Positions 16,806 through 25,846 of a DNA stretch of 32,000 nt are shown piece after piece (positions within the stretch are counted from its first letter, which is position 1; the number at the start of each line of letters is the position of its first letter). The position numbers and the translations under genes were made by a program. The notes under the pieces are model-generated. The model did no database searches. It saw only the letters and a list, made by a program, of their open reading frames with translations, and was not told the DNA's origin. Origin of the DNA: Candidatus Electronema halotolerans (GTDB lineage: Bacteria > Desulfobacterota > Desulfobulbia > Desulfobulbales > Desulfobulbaceae); assembly GCA_942493095.1 (NCBI GenBank), contig OW818675.1:2910001-2942000 (forward strand), read 5' to 3'.

Positions 16806-17564
16806 ATGGGAATCACGCTTGAGGAGCTGACTTGGAACCGGGCTGACCAGCTCAAGGAACTGCAGGAGCAGCTTGGCCGCACCTTCAAGGATGCGAGTCT
16901 GCTCCAGCTTGCCTTGGTGCACAGCTCCTTCGCCTTTGAGCGGCTCGACTGCGGCAAGCACAATGAAACCTTGGAATTTCTCGGCGACGCAGTGCTGGAC
17001 TTGGCAGTCGGCCATATACTGTTCCTCCGCTTTCCGCAGATGCGGGAAGGGCAGCTCACCCGCATCCGCTCGGCCTTGGTCAATGAAAGCGGTTTGGCTG
17101 AGGCAGCCCGCCGCCTTGATCTTGGCCGCCATCTGCTCTTGGGCCGGGGCGAGGACAGCTCCAATGGCCGGGAAAAAGCCTCAATCCTCTGCTGCGCTTA
17201 TGAGGCCCTGATCGGGGCCATGTTCCTTGACAGCGGCTATGCAGTGGCGCATGATTATGTCCAGCAGACCTTTGGCCCGCTGATTGAGCGCCAGGGCGAG
17301 CGGCTCTGCTCGGCAGATGCGAAGAGCCGATTGCAGGAGCAGCTCCAGGAGCAGCACAATGAGGGGCCGCAGTATGTCCTTGAGGCTGAGGAAGGTCCGG
17401 CCCATGCCCGGATTTTCACGGTTTCAGCGCAGTTCCACAGCCAGCAGCTCGGCGCAGGCCAAGCGTCGAGCAAAAAAGAGGCCGAGCAGCTTGCGGCAGC
17501 AGCAGCCTTGAAATTTCTTGAAGAGCACGGGGGCCAGCTTGAGGCTCGGTCCGGCGACAACTAA
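16806..17564 (+). CDS. rnc: ribonuclease III
   Basis: The signature is NETLEFLGDAVLDLAV. A C-terminal dsRBD-like region (PQYVLEAEEGPAHARIFTV...GQASSKKEAEQLAAAAAL) follows. Confidence 0.92.
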   Translation: MGITLEELTWNRADQLKELQEQLGRTFKDASLLQLALVHSSFAFERLDCGKHNETLEFLGDAVLDLAVGHILFLRFPQMREGQLTRIRSALVNESGLAEAARRLDLGRHLLLGRGEDSSNGREKASILCCAYEALIGAMFLDSGYAVAHDYVQQTFGPLIERQGERLCSADAKSRLQEQLQEQHNEGPQYVLEAEEGPAHARIFTVSAQFHSQQLGAGQASSKKEAEQLAAAAALKFLEEHGGQLEARSGDN

Positions 17565-17579
17565 CTTTTTCACACAGAT

Positions 17580-19592
17580 ATGATGAACAGAATGCGACAA
17601 AGAGCAGTCTTTCTCTCCCTGTTTTTACTGCTTGGCAGCTTCACAGCGGCTTGGGCAAAAAACAACAACATAGAATTTTTAGACAAAAAGCTGCTCAAGG
17701 AGCTGAACCACAGCATTTATGAAGTGGTCACGCCAAAGCTGGAAAGCAGCAAAATTCAATATGACCGGCCCCTTCCTTATGATCAGCTCAGTTTCAAAGA
17801 GCGGAATGAGAAGTACAACAGCATCGGCACTGCCTTTTTCATCAATGACAAGGAGCTGATGACAGCAGAGCATGTCTTTGGTCTGACCAGTTTTTCCCTG
17901 CATAAGGATTTTTTCATCAGGGATGCGCAGGGCAAGGTCTATCCGATTGCCACTATCCGCAAGTATTCAACCGTGCGGGATATGGCGATCTTTGATTTGC
18001 AGGAATATCCAGAAGATGCGGTGCCGCTCACATTCAGCCGTCATCTGGAGGTGGGCGACACGGTTTTTTCCGCAGGCAATGCCTTGGGCGAGGGCATTTC
18101 CTACCGGGCCGGACAGGTCGCCTCATTCACGGATGAGGAAGAATACGGCAAATGGAAGAACATCCGCTTTTCCTCGCCTGCCTCGCCCGGCAACAGCGGC
18201 GGCCCGCTCCTGAATCTGCAAGGTGAGGTGGTCGGGGTGATCGTCCGCAAGACCCAAGGGGAAAACTATAATATTGCCGTGCCGATCAGTGAGGCGGACA
18301 ATCTGACTGACAAGGCTGAATTTCATTTCCGCAATGTCACGGTCGAGATTGACGGCACCAATGAGACTGTTGTCAGGGACTGGTCTTTCAGTCTGCCGCT
18401 GCCTGCGCCTGTGGCCGAGGTGGCGGAAAAGGCCCAGAACAATCTTGATGCCTTTTACAAGCAGCTCTCTGATGAACTGACTGAGCAGGTCAAAGAGAAC
18501 AACTTTCCGCTGGGCAAGCGGTTCCGCGCCTATCTGCGCAACCAGCCTGTCATTCAGGGCATTGCCTCGCTGGTGCCGGATGTTGACTTTAAAAAGTGGA
18601 GCGCGCCGAGCTACACGCTGAAAAAAATTCCGCTTTCCGCAGAGCAGAATGTCTATCGCGGCGGCTCGCCCCACTTTGATTTGCAGGCGGTGATTGAAAA
18701 AACACCGGACATGCCGCTCAAGACCTTTCTCAGCTCGCCCAAAACAGTGCTGGACACCCTGCTGAAGGCCGTACCCTATTACCGATATTTTGGCTCGGAA
18801 AAAATCCGCATCATCAGCTTGGGCGAGCCTGAGCGAACCGAGGTCTGGCAGGACAAGCTGGGCCGCAAATGGACTTCCTCGCTTTGGTACAGTGATCATA
18901 ATGATTACTTTGTCACCAGCCACTGTCTGCCGCATCCCAAAGGCGCGCTCTGCATCTTTGACGACAACTACACCGCTGCTCTGAAAATAAATTATTTCAA
19001 ACGAATCAAGGAAGGCTGCGATGAAATCACGGTCGGTTATGATGGCGATTTGACAAGCTGGGCAGAATATCTTGCCTTGGGTGATGAGCAGCTGCCCGCA
19101 TTTTTCAAGAAGGCCAAGATTGAGCAGCAGGGAGATCATCTCAAGCTGCGGCTGCAGGATTTTCAGTTTGATTTCACCAATCCGAAAATCACCAGCAAAT
19201 CTGACCTCCATCTGCATCTTGGCTATGCCAATGACAAACGGCTGGCTGAGGATTTGGTGCTCTTGGAACTGTTTCCGCAAAAAGGCAGTCCGGCCCATTA
19301 TCAAATTCGCCCTTGGTGGCAGCCGAGTCCGTTCAGTCAGGACAGCTACAGCCCGGACTGGGAAGAAATGATGCGGTCTGAAGGCGAGTATTCAGGCAAG
19401 GTGATTGACAAGGGCGAGCTGCGCATCATTCAGAAGACCGCGCCGCAGACCAAAAAAACTGTCACCGCCTTTGACGGCGAGAAAATCGACAAGGTCTTCA
19501 CAGTCGGCTGTGTCTATAAAACCGCAATCAAAGGCAAGGAAGACATGGAAGAGGACTGCGCCCGCTTCTTCCAGAGCATTGAGTTCTTCTGA
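17580..19592 (+). CDS. secreted trypsin-like (S1) serine protease domain protein with a ~420-aa uncharacterised C-terminal region
   Basis: The signal peptide is LFLLLGSFTAAWA. Triad candidates are TAEHVF (His), VRDMAIFDL (Asp) and SPGNSGGPLLN (Ser). The remainder has no recognisable motif. Confidence 0.7.
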   Translation: MMNRMRQRAVFLSLFLLLGSFTAAWAKNNNIEFLDKKLLKELNHSIYEVVTPKLESSKIQYDRPLPYDQLSFKERNEKYNSIGTAFFINDKELMTAEHVFGLTSFSLHKDFFIRDAQGKVYPIATIRKYSTVRDMAIFDLQEYPEDAVPLTFSRHLEVGDTVFSAGNALGEGISYRAGQVASFTDEEEYGKWKNIRFSSPASPGNSGGPLLNLQGEVVGVIVRKTQGENYNIAVPISEADNLTDKAEFHFRNVTVEIDGTNETVVRDWSFSLPLPAPVAEVAEKAQNNLDAFYKQLSDELTEQVKENNFPLGKRFRAYLRNQPVIQGIASLVPDVDFKKWSAPSYTLKKIPLSAEQNVYRGGSPHFDLQAVIEKTPDMPLKTFLSSPKTVLDTLLKAVPYYRYFGSEKIRIISLGEPERTEVWQDKLGRKWTSSLWYSDHNDYFVTSHCLPHPKGALCIFDDNYTAALKINYFKRIKEGCDEITVGYDGDLTSWAEYLALGDEQLPAFFKKAKIEQQGDHLKLRLQDFQFDFTNPKITSKSDLHLHLGYANDKRLAEDLVLLELFPQKGSPAHYQIRPWWQPSPFSQDSYSPDWEEMMRSEGEYSGKVIDKGELRIIQKTAPQTKKTVTAFDGEKIDKVFTVGCVYKTAIKGKEDMEEDCARFFQSIEFF

Positions 19593-19601
19593 AGCACTTT
19601 A

Positions 19602-20618
19602 ATGTCCGGTCTTTTTGTCATCCCCGTCTTCATCCATCACGAGGGCTGCCCGCACCGCTGCCTGTTCTGCAACCAGCACCGGATCAGCGGCTGGAAGGGC
19701 AGCCCAGTCAGCACGGCAGAGGTGCGGCAGGAAATTCAGACGTGGTTGGACAGGCGCAAAAACAGCCAGGCTGCGGTGCAGGTCGCCTTTTACGGCGGCA
19801 GCTTCACAGCCCTGCCCTGCGACCGGCAACAGGAGCTGCTGCAAGCTGCGGCACCTTTTCTGGAGACAGGTCAGGTGCAGTCGCTCCGGCTTTCCACTCG
19901 GCCTGACTGCATGGATGCGGAACAGGCCGATTTTCTCAAGGCGCACCGGGTCGCAACGGTCGAGCTGGGTGCGCAGTCGATGAATGACGTAGTGCTGACA
20001 GCAGCCCGGCGCGGCCACACCGCCGCTGCCACAGAGCAGGCGATGGTCGTGCTGAAGCAGGCCGGATTAGAGACTGGCATTCAGCTCCTGCTCGGTCTGC
20101 CGGGCGACAGCCGGACTTCCCTGCGCCGCACCGTGGAGCAGGTCATTGCTCTGCGGCCTGATTTTGTCCGTTTGTATCCCCTCTTAGTGCTGCGCGGCAG
20201 CGGGCTGGCCGAGCTGCACCGGCAGGGCCAGCACCAGCCGCTCAGTCTTGCCAAGGCAGTGCTGCTTGCCGCTTTTATGAAAGAACGTTTTGAGCACGCT
20301 GGCATCCGAACTGTGCGCATGGGCCTGCAAGCCGGGCCGGAGCTGGAAGACTCCCTCTTGGCCGGGCCGTGGCATCCAGCCTTTGGCGAATTAGTCAAAT
20401 CCCGGCTCATGCTCAAGCAGACAAGAAAGCTGCTCGCCCAAGCCAAGAGCGGCCAGCGCATCAGCCTGCGCATCAGCAGCCGGGATCAGTCCGTGTTTCG
20501 CGGCCTGAAATCAGCCAATCTTGAGCGGCTTTGCCAGCTTGGCCTCTGGCGGGACGCAGTTCTCACTGCCGACCCGGAGCAGCCGCGTGGAACCGTGCGG
20601 CTGCTGCCCTGCCCCTGA
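19602..20618 (+). CDS. radical SAM protein (Elp3-like domain)
   Basis: The CxxxCxxC motif occurs at HHEGCPHRCLFCNQ. It is followed by the VAFYGGSFTAL and RLSTRPD blocks typical of Elp3-type radical SAM enzymes. Confidence 0.8.
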   Translation: MSGLFVIPVFIHHEGCPHRCLFCNQHRISGWKGSPVSTAEVRQEIQTWLDRRKNSQAAVQVAFYGGSFTALPCDRQQELLQAAAPFLETGQVQSLRLSTRPDCMDAEQADFLKAHRVATVELGAQSMNDVVLTAARRGHTAAATEQAMVVLKQAGLETGIQLLLGLPGDSRTSLRRTVEQVIALRPDFVRLYPLLVLRGSGLAELHRQGQHQPLSLAKAVLLAAFMKERFEHAGIRTVRMGLQAGPELEDSLLAGPWHPAFGELVKSRLMLKQTRKLLAQAKSGQRISLRISSRDQSVFRGLKSANLERLCQLGLWRDAVLTADPEQPRGTVRLLPCP

Positions 20619-20623
20619 GCACC

Positions 20624-20650
20624 AACGAGCCTTTCTCTCGTTTTATTTCG
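20624..20650 (+). terminator. possible weak rho-independent terminator after the radical SAM gene
   Basis: AACGAG-CCTTTCT-CTCGTT (6-bp stem) is followed by TTATTTCGG. The stem is short and the T-tract interrupted. Confidence 0.35.
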
Positions 20651-20845
20651 GCATACCTGCTTTTTTCCTTGACTGCCTGCGTAGTTTGTAGTTAATCAGT
20701 AGCCATTTATTGAGGCGGAAGGGTCTCCATGTTCCCCTTGGATGTATTTGGGAGCCTCTGCACCTGTGAGCTGATGAAACTGAAAAGACTGCCTTTTTAA
20801 GGCATAAGATAAGATTAGTTTGAAGCACAAAACAAGGAGGCCGTT

Positions 20846-21154
20846 ATGGCTGAAAAACGAATGAAGAGCATGAGCACGCACAAAGGGCAGGATGAGGTGA
20901 TTGCCGACAAGCGGGTCTTTCTCAAGCGGGCTGCAGCTGCGCTGGGTGTGGTGGCAGCTGCCGGTTTGACTGGAGCAGCAATCACAAAATCTGCCGGAAA
21001 AGTCGGCAAGGCGAACGCCCGTGCTCGCTGCGCTGAGGAGAATTTGCGGCAGCAGCAGATCATGGCTGGCAAAAAACTGGTCATCATGAGCCAGGAAGAG
21101 AAGCAGCAGATGCTTGACCGCATCCTGCGCCACCATTACCGGACAGTGTCTTGA
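20846..21154 (+). CDS. small membrane-anchored/exported protein, first gene of the FeS-NrfD-cytochrome operon
   Basis: A strong RBS (AAGGAGG) lies 6 nt upstream. DKRVFLKRAAAALGVVAAAGLTGAAI resembles a Tat-type signal with KR instead of RR. No family was recognised. Confidence 0.5.
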   Translation: MAEKRMKSMSTHKGQDEVIADKRVFLKRAAAALGVVAAAGLTGAAITKSAGKVGKANARARCAEENLRQQQIMAGKKLVIMSQEEKQQMLDRILRHHYRTVS

Positions 21155-21192
21155 AGATATTTCTATTCCATATATAGCGGAGGCAACACACG

Positions 21193-22227
21193 ATGTCGGA
21201 GGAGAAAAAGAAAGAGCTGGTTGAAGAGCAGGACGACGGAACGGGGAAAGAATCCCGCCGTGATTTCCTGAAAAAAGTGGGTGTTGCAGCCGCTGCAACA
21301 GCCGCTGTCCCAGCAGCCACGGCCAAGGCGGCGGGCATAGCCGAAGCATTGCAGACGCATTTTCGCTTGATGAGTGATGAGGAGAAGAAGGAGGCCATTG
21401 CCCGCTTGGAAAAACGCTACAGCGAGCAGTATGACAAGCAGGTCACAGTGGCCAACACGCCTGCCCCGGATGGAGTGCTGTTTGGCTATGCGCTCAATAT
21501 TTCCAAATGCATCGGCTGCCGCCGCTGCGTTGAGGCCTGCGTCAGGGAAAACAATCAGTCCCGTGATCCCGCAATCGAGTGGATTCGGGTCTTGCGGATG
21601 GAGCGGGGCAACGACACGTTTGAATTGGAAAATTTGAACGACGGCTATCCCGACAGCAGTCCTTTGGGAGACTACGGCATCCAATCCGGCGGCCATGCCG
21701 ACAAAGCTGTTGGCATTTCCGGTGATGTTGAGCATTACTATGACCCGGAGCTGGTCCCGGAAAGCAATTTCTTTTATTTTCCGGTGCAGTGCCAGCAATG
21801 TGAAGACCCGCCCTGTGTCAAGGCCTGTCCGGTTCGGGCGACTTTCAGGGATGAAAATGGCATCGTGGTTATTGATTACAACTGGTGCATCGGCTGCCGG
21901 ATGTGCCAATTGGCCTGTCCGTATTGGGCGCGCCACTTCAACTGGGGCGAACCAGTGCTGCCAAATGAGGAGATGAATCCCAAGACCCATTATTTGGGGA
22001 ATCGTCCTCGCATGCGCGGAGTCATGGAAAAATGCATCTTCTGTTTGCAGAGGGTGAGAGAGGGACGTTATCCGGCCTGCGTGGAAGCCTGTCCTGTGGG
22101 GGCAAGAAAATTCGGCAATCTGCTTGATCCTGAAAGCGAAGTGAGAAAGGTTTTGGCTACCAAGAAGGTGTTCCGATTCAAGGAGGATTATAACACCGAT
22201 CCAAAATTCTTCTATTTCATGGATTAG
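21193..22227 (+). CDS. Tat-exported four-cluster 4Fe-4S ferredoxin subunit (PsrB/NrfC/DmsB-like)
   Basis: The twin-arginine motif is SRRDFLKKVGVAAAATAAV. Four Cys clusters are present: CIGCRRCVEAC, CQQCEDPPCVKACP, CIGCRMCQLACP and CIFC...CVEACP. Confidence 0.85.
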   Translation: MSEEKKKELVEEQDDGTGKESRRDFLKKVGVAAAATAAVPAATAKAAGIAEALQTHFRLMSDEEKKEAIARLEKRYSEQYDKQVTVANTPAPDGVLFGYALNISKCIGCRRCVEACVRENNQSRDPAIEWIRVLRMERGNDTFELENLNDGYPDSSPLGDYGIQSGGHADKAVGISGDVEHYYDPELVPESNFFYFPVQCQQCEDPPCVKACPVRATFRDENGIVVIDYNWCIGCRMCQLACPYWARHFNWGEPVLPNEEMNPKTHYLGNRPRMRGVMEKCIFCLQRVREGRYPACVEACPVGARKFGNLLDPESEVRKVLATKKVFRFKEDYNTDPKFFYFMD

Positions 22228-22240
22228 AGAGGTATTGATC

Positions 22241-23509
22241 ATGACTATGAAACAGCAAATAGCTTCCGCTTCCCAAAAGCCGAGAGCTTTCGCCAGTGAA
22301 TTTTTCAGCTATGCCATCAAAGGAGGAAACCTCTACTATGGCTGGCTGCTCTTTCTTTCCTTTTTTGTCCTTGTGGGGCTGTACACCACCTACGTACAGA
22401 TGACCAAGGGCCTCATCGTCACCGGGGCCACAGACCAGATCATCTGGGAGCTGTTCATCTCCAACTTCATCTTCACCGCCCACATTGCGGCGGCGGCAGT
22501 GCTGGTGGTGATTCCCGCTTATATCTATAAGCGCGAAGACATGAAGCATTTGGCCGTTCTTGGCGAGATCATCGCCCTGACCTTCGTCATTATCGGCCTC
22601 AACTTCATCATGTATCACCTGGGTCGGCCAGACCGGTTCTGGCATGCGCTTCCTGGATTGGGCATCTTCAACTTTCCCAATTCAATGCTCACCTATGACA
22701 TCATAGTGCTGAACACATACCTGGCCATCAACTTGGTGGCGGTTTTCTATCTGTTGTACAAGCGCTATCTTGGTCAGCCGCTGAACACCATGTTTTACAC
22801 CCCGTTGATCTACTTGGCCGTGGTTTGGGGGCCGCTGATTCATATCGTCACCGCCTTCATCCTCAGCAGCAATGCGCCAATCTCGGCCTGGCATACGGCG
22901 GTGCTTCCCTTTGCCTTTTTATCCATGGCAGGCGCATCAGGAGCAGCTTTGGTCATCATCCTGTTCCTCCTGATTCGCAAATACAGCAAACTGCATATTG
23001 CCGACTCGGTTATTGACTTCTTTTCGCAGGTCATTGTCTGGAGTCTGGGGATCATCATTCTGGTCTTTGCCTCTGAGTTTTTTACGGAGCTGTATCCAGG
23101 CACCCATCATGCCGCGTCCCTGAAGTACATGATGTTTGGTCATCACGGTCTGGATGCTTATGTCCCGTGGTTTTGGCTGACTATGGCCCTGATCGTGCTT
23201 CCGTTCCTCCTGATGCTCAACAGCAAAATACGGAAAAGCTACAACAGTTTCCTGCCAGCGATCTGTTTTGTGGTCTTCATGACCATCCTGATGGAAAAAC
23301 CGGCAGTCTTGGTCTTTCCGGCCTTCAGTCCGACCTCATTGGGTGAATATGCCGTGTATCATCCAACCTTTGTTGAAATCTTCAACGTCCTGTTCATCTG
23401 GGCAGTCGGCTTTCTTATCCTGACTTTGCTCACCAAGGGTGCTCTTGGCGTGTTGACCGGTGAAGTGCGGAATACCAAAACAGTGGAAGCAAGTGGAGAT
23501 GCGAAATGA
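22241..23509 (+). CDS. NrfD/PsrC-family integral membrane quinone-interacting subunit
   Basis: Start at ATG 22241. The ~420-aa polytopic hydrophobic protein follows the FeS subunit directly, the canonical NrfD position. Its stop overlaps the next gene's ATG (ATGA at 23506-23509). Confidence 0.75.
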   Translation: MTMKQQIASASQKPRAFASEFFSYAIKGGNLYYGWLLFLSFFVLVGLYTTYVQMTKGLIVTGATDQIIWELFISNFIFTAHIAAAAVLVVIPAYIYKREDMKHLAVLGEIIALTFVIIGLNFIMYHLGRPDRFWHALPGLGIFNFPNSMLTYDIIVLNTYLAINLVAVFYLLYKRYLGQPLNTMFYTPLIYLAVVWGPLIHIVTAFILSSNAPISAWHTAVLPFAFLSMAGASGAALVIILFLLIRKYSKLHIADSVIDFFSQVIVWSLGIIILVFASEFFTELYPGTHHAASLKYMMFGHHGLDAYVPWFWLTMALIVLPFLLMLNSKIRKSYNSFLPAICFVVFMTILMEKPAVLVFPAFSPTSLGEYAVYHPTFVEIFNVLFIWAVGFLILTLLTKGALGVLTGEVRNTKTVEASGDAK

Positions 23510-24336
23510 TTTCAGGGAGCAAATACGTGAGAGCAGCGGTTTTCTCCGGTCTTCTTGTCTTAGTGATCGGCGGCTTGGCACTCCAAAAGATGCCTGGCGA
23601 GGCTGCTGCGCAAGACAAGGCCGGGGCCGGGCAAGATAAGGCCAATGCAGCACCGGATGAGTGCTACGAGAGCATCAAAGATGCCACCAATCTTGCAAGG
23701 GTGGATAATGCGGTCCCCAAGTACGGTTATCCCAATGTGAAGTGTTCCCCCACCACCGGGGCAGTCCTCTGGTACGGTGATCCTTACTATGGCACTGAAC
23801 CTATTGGAGAAATGCCGCACTTCAACGACCGGACCGATGGCGACTTTGCCCAAGCGGTCATCAGGCCCCGTGCGAAGAGCTTGAAAACTCCCATGCAGTG
23901 CAGCGGCTGTCATCCTGGTGCGGATCCGGCTACGCAGAAAAATGATCCCCGCCAGATCATGAATCACCAAGATATTGTCAGCGATGCCAGCAAGCTGCAG
24001 CATGGCCGGGGAGCCATCTGGTGCTTTGACTGCCATAATGCTGCCAATCGTGACACCCTTGTTGACCGTCGCGGGCAAGAGGTCAGCTTTAATGAGTCCT
24101 ACAAGGTCTGCGGCAGCTGTCACGGTGACACCTACAGCAATTGGCGCATGGGCATCCACGGCAAGCGTATTGGCTCATGGAAAGTGGGAGGAAAAAAACG
24201 GTGGTGGACCTGCACGGAATGCCACAATCCCCACACTGTTCAGGAGCATCGCTTTCAGCCGCTTAAACCTGAACCGCCACCAGCCCTGCCCCGTGGCATG
24301 ACCAAGGAAGACTTCAAGGCTGCCGAGGGTCACTGA
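23506..24336 (+). CDS. membrane-anchored/periplasmic tetrahaem cytochrome c
   Basis: It has an N-terminal hydrophobic anchor (AAVFSGLLVLVIGGLAL) and four CxxCH motifs: CSGCH, CFDCH, CGSCH, CTECH. Confidence 0.8.
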   Translation: MISGSKYVRAAVFSGLLVLVIGGLALQKMPGEAAAQDKAGAGQDKANAAPDECYESIKDATNLARVDNAVPKYGYPNVKCSPTTGAVLWYGDPYYGTEPIGEMPHFNDRTDGDFAQAVIRPRAKSLKTPMQCSGCHPGADPATQKNDPRQIMNHQDIVSDASKLQHGRGAIWCFDCHNAANRDTLVDRRGQEVSFNESYKVCGSCHGDTYSNWRMGIHGKRIGSWKVGGKKRWWTCTECHNPHTVQEHRFQPLKPEPPPALPRGMTKEDFKAAEGH

Positions 24337-24366
24337 TCCGCAGCCATTCAGGGTGACGATTTTCAA

Positions 24367-24396
24367 GGTCGGAGACAGGAGTCTCCGGCCTTTTTT
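24367..24396 (+). terminator. rho-independent terminator of the cytochrome operon
   Basis: GGTCGGAGAC-AGGA-GTCTCCGGCC (10-bp stem with one G-T pair) is followed by TTTTTT. Confidence 0.75.
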
Positions 24397-24551
24397 GTTG
24401 TTCGTTGCGACATCGATGCTGTTCTGTGAACAGCAACTGTTGCGCTGTCTGGCAGGTGGAGGGAACTTGTTCAGAAAACGCAAACCAGCATACATCGGGC
24501 ATGGAAGCGCAGCAGGGGACAACAAACTTGGCAGAAAATTTTCTTTTCCTC

Positions 24552-24580
24552 TTGACAGGCAGGCTAAAGTCAAATATAAT
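24552..24580 (+). promoter_or_regulatory. consensus sigma70 promoter for the tRNA-Lys/tRNA-Glu pair
   Basis: TTGACA (24552-24557), a 17-nt spacer, then TATAAT (24575-24580). The tRNA starts 14 nt downstream. Confidence 0.7.
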
Positions 24581-24594
24581 TGACTCTCCTTGAA

Positions 24595-24670
24595 GGGTCG
24601 TTAACTCAGCCGGTAGAGTATCTGCCTTTTAAGCAGAGAGTCGCGCGTTCGAATCGCGCACGACCCACCA
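24595..24670 (+). tRNA. tRNA-Lys (anticodon TTT)
   Basis: GGGTCGTTAACTCAGCCGGTAGAGTATCTGCCTTTTAAGCAGAGAGTCGCGCGTTCGAATCGCGCACGACCCACCA forms a cloverleaf with anticodon loop CTTTTAA, T-loop TTCGAAT and encoded CCA. Confidence 0.92.
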
Positions 24671-24683
24671 TTGTGCATTACTG

Positions 24684-24758
24684 GTCCCCATCGTCTAGTC
24701 AGGTCCAGGACATCGGCCTTTCACGCCGACAACACCGGTTCAAATCCGGTTGGGGACG
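24684..24758 (+). tRNA. tRNA-Glu (anticodon TTC)
   Basis: GTCCCCATCGTCTAGTCAGGTCCAGGACATCGGCCTTTCACGCCGACAACACCGGTTCAAATCCGGTTGGGGACG has acceptor GTCCCCA/TGGGGAC, anticodon loop CTTTCAC and T-loop TTCAAAT. CCA is not encoded. Confidence 0.9.
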
Positions 24759-24770
24759 CAAGAAATAATA

Positions 24771-24806
24771 AGGGGTCAGCTTATCAAGCTGACCCCTTTC
24801 TTCGTT
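24771..24806 (+). terminator. rho-independent terminator after the tRNA pair
   Basis: AGGGGTCAGCTT-ATCA-AGCTGACCCCT is followed by TTCTTCGTTT. Confidence 0.75.
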
Positions 24807-25162
24807 TCTGGAGGGCGTTTGAAGACCTTGGCCGCTGTTTCTCTCAAGCCGGTGAAAACGCCTTTCGGCATCAAAGATAGAATCACGGATGGCGTTTTTT
24901 CAGATGTCGCCTTCCTCTCTACGTGCTCAACGCCTTTCGGCATCAAAGATAGAATCACACCCAAGGCCCGGAAAATTCGGCAAGCTGCTTGGAGTGCTCA
25001 ACGCCTTTCGGCATCAAAGATAGAATCACGGACAATCGTCATTCCTGAAGATGGTTCCGGCGGGTGCTCAACGCCTTTCGGCATCAAAGATAGAATCACA
25101 CGGCCCGCAGATCGGCCTGTCCTCCAAGTTTGTGTGCTCAACGCCTTTCGGCATCAAAGATA

Positions 25163-25288
25163 TAGCGGTTACACGCCGAATGGTGATCACCCTGATATAT
25201 TGATGCTTAATTTAACTTGTTGAATTTATACATACAAAACTTTTGACAAAGCAAAGATATTTGATAGCCGTTCAACCCATAACCGCTA
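25163..25288 (+). mobile_element. 126-bp MITE-like non-autonomous element, copy 1, inserted in CRISPR repeat 5
   Basis: Repeat 5 is split as ...CATCAAAGATA | element | TAGAATCAC. TA is duplicated at 25161-25162 and 25289-25290. The termini are TAGCGGTTA...TAACCGCTA (9-bp perfect inverted repeat, about 27 bp imperfect). The core is AT-rich and has no ORF. Confidence 0.85.
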
Positions 25289-25720
25289 TAGAATCACAAC
25301 ACTTGGCCAAGAAGATACATAAAACCGTCATGTGCTCAACGCCTTTCGGCATCAAAGATAGAATCACAAGATCATGACCGCAGACCGCAAAACAGTCCAA
25401 ACGTGCTCAACGCCTTTCGGCATCAAAGATAGAATCACCGACCACAGGCACGAGAACATGCAGCCAACGATCTATTGCTCAACGCCTTTCGGCATCAAAG
25501 ATAGAATCACTTGTTCTTCCGCCGACAATAGCAACGATCAGCATGATTGCTCAACGCCTTTCGGCATCAAAGATAGAATCACGTACAATCGGCTTGCCAA
25601 AGGCAGGCGGTTAATGCAGGGTGCTCAACGCCTTTCGGCATCAAAGATAGAATCACAGGAGCCTTGAAATCAATATGCTCCAATTGAAAATGTGCTCAAC
25701 GCCTTTCGGCATCAAAGATA

Positions 25721-25846
25721 TAGCGGTTATGGGTTGAACGGCTATCAAATATCTTTGCTTTGTCAAAAGTTTTGTATGTATAAATTCAACAAGTTAAATT
25801 AAGCATCAATATATCAGGGTGATCACCATTCGGCGTGTAACCGCTA
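25721..25846 (-). mobile_element. 126-bp MITE-like element, copy 2 (exact reverse complement of copy 1), inserted in CRISPR repeat 11
   Basis: Base-by-base comparison by hand shows 25721-25846 equals the reverse complement of 25163-25288. The insertion point within the repeat is the same, with TA duplicated at 25719-25720 and 25847-25848. Confidence 0.85.

Noticed and set aside
25243-25271. An outward-facing promoter inside the MITE (TTGACA at 25243-25248; or TTGTAT-17 nt-TAAATT on the other strand).
   Set aside because: No acceptable -10 lies at 16-18 nt from the TTGACA. The alternative pair matches consensus at only about 3/6 and 4/6 positions in an AT-rich core where such matches are expected by chance.
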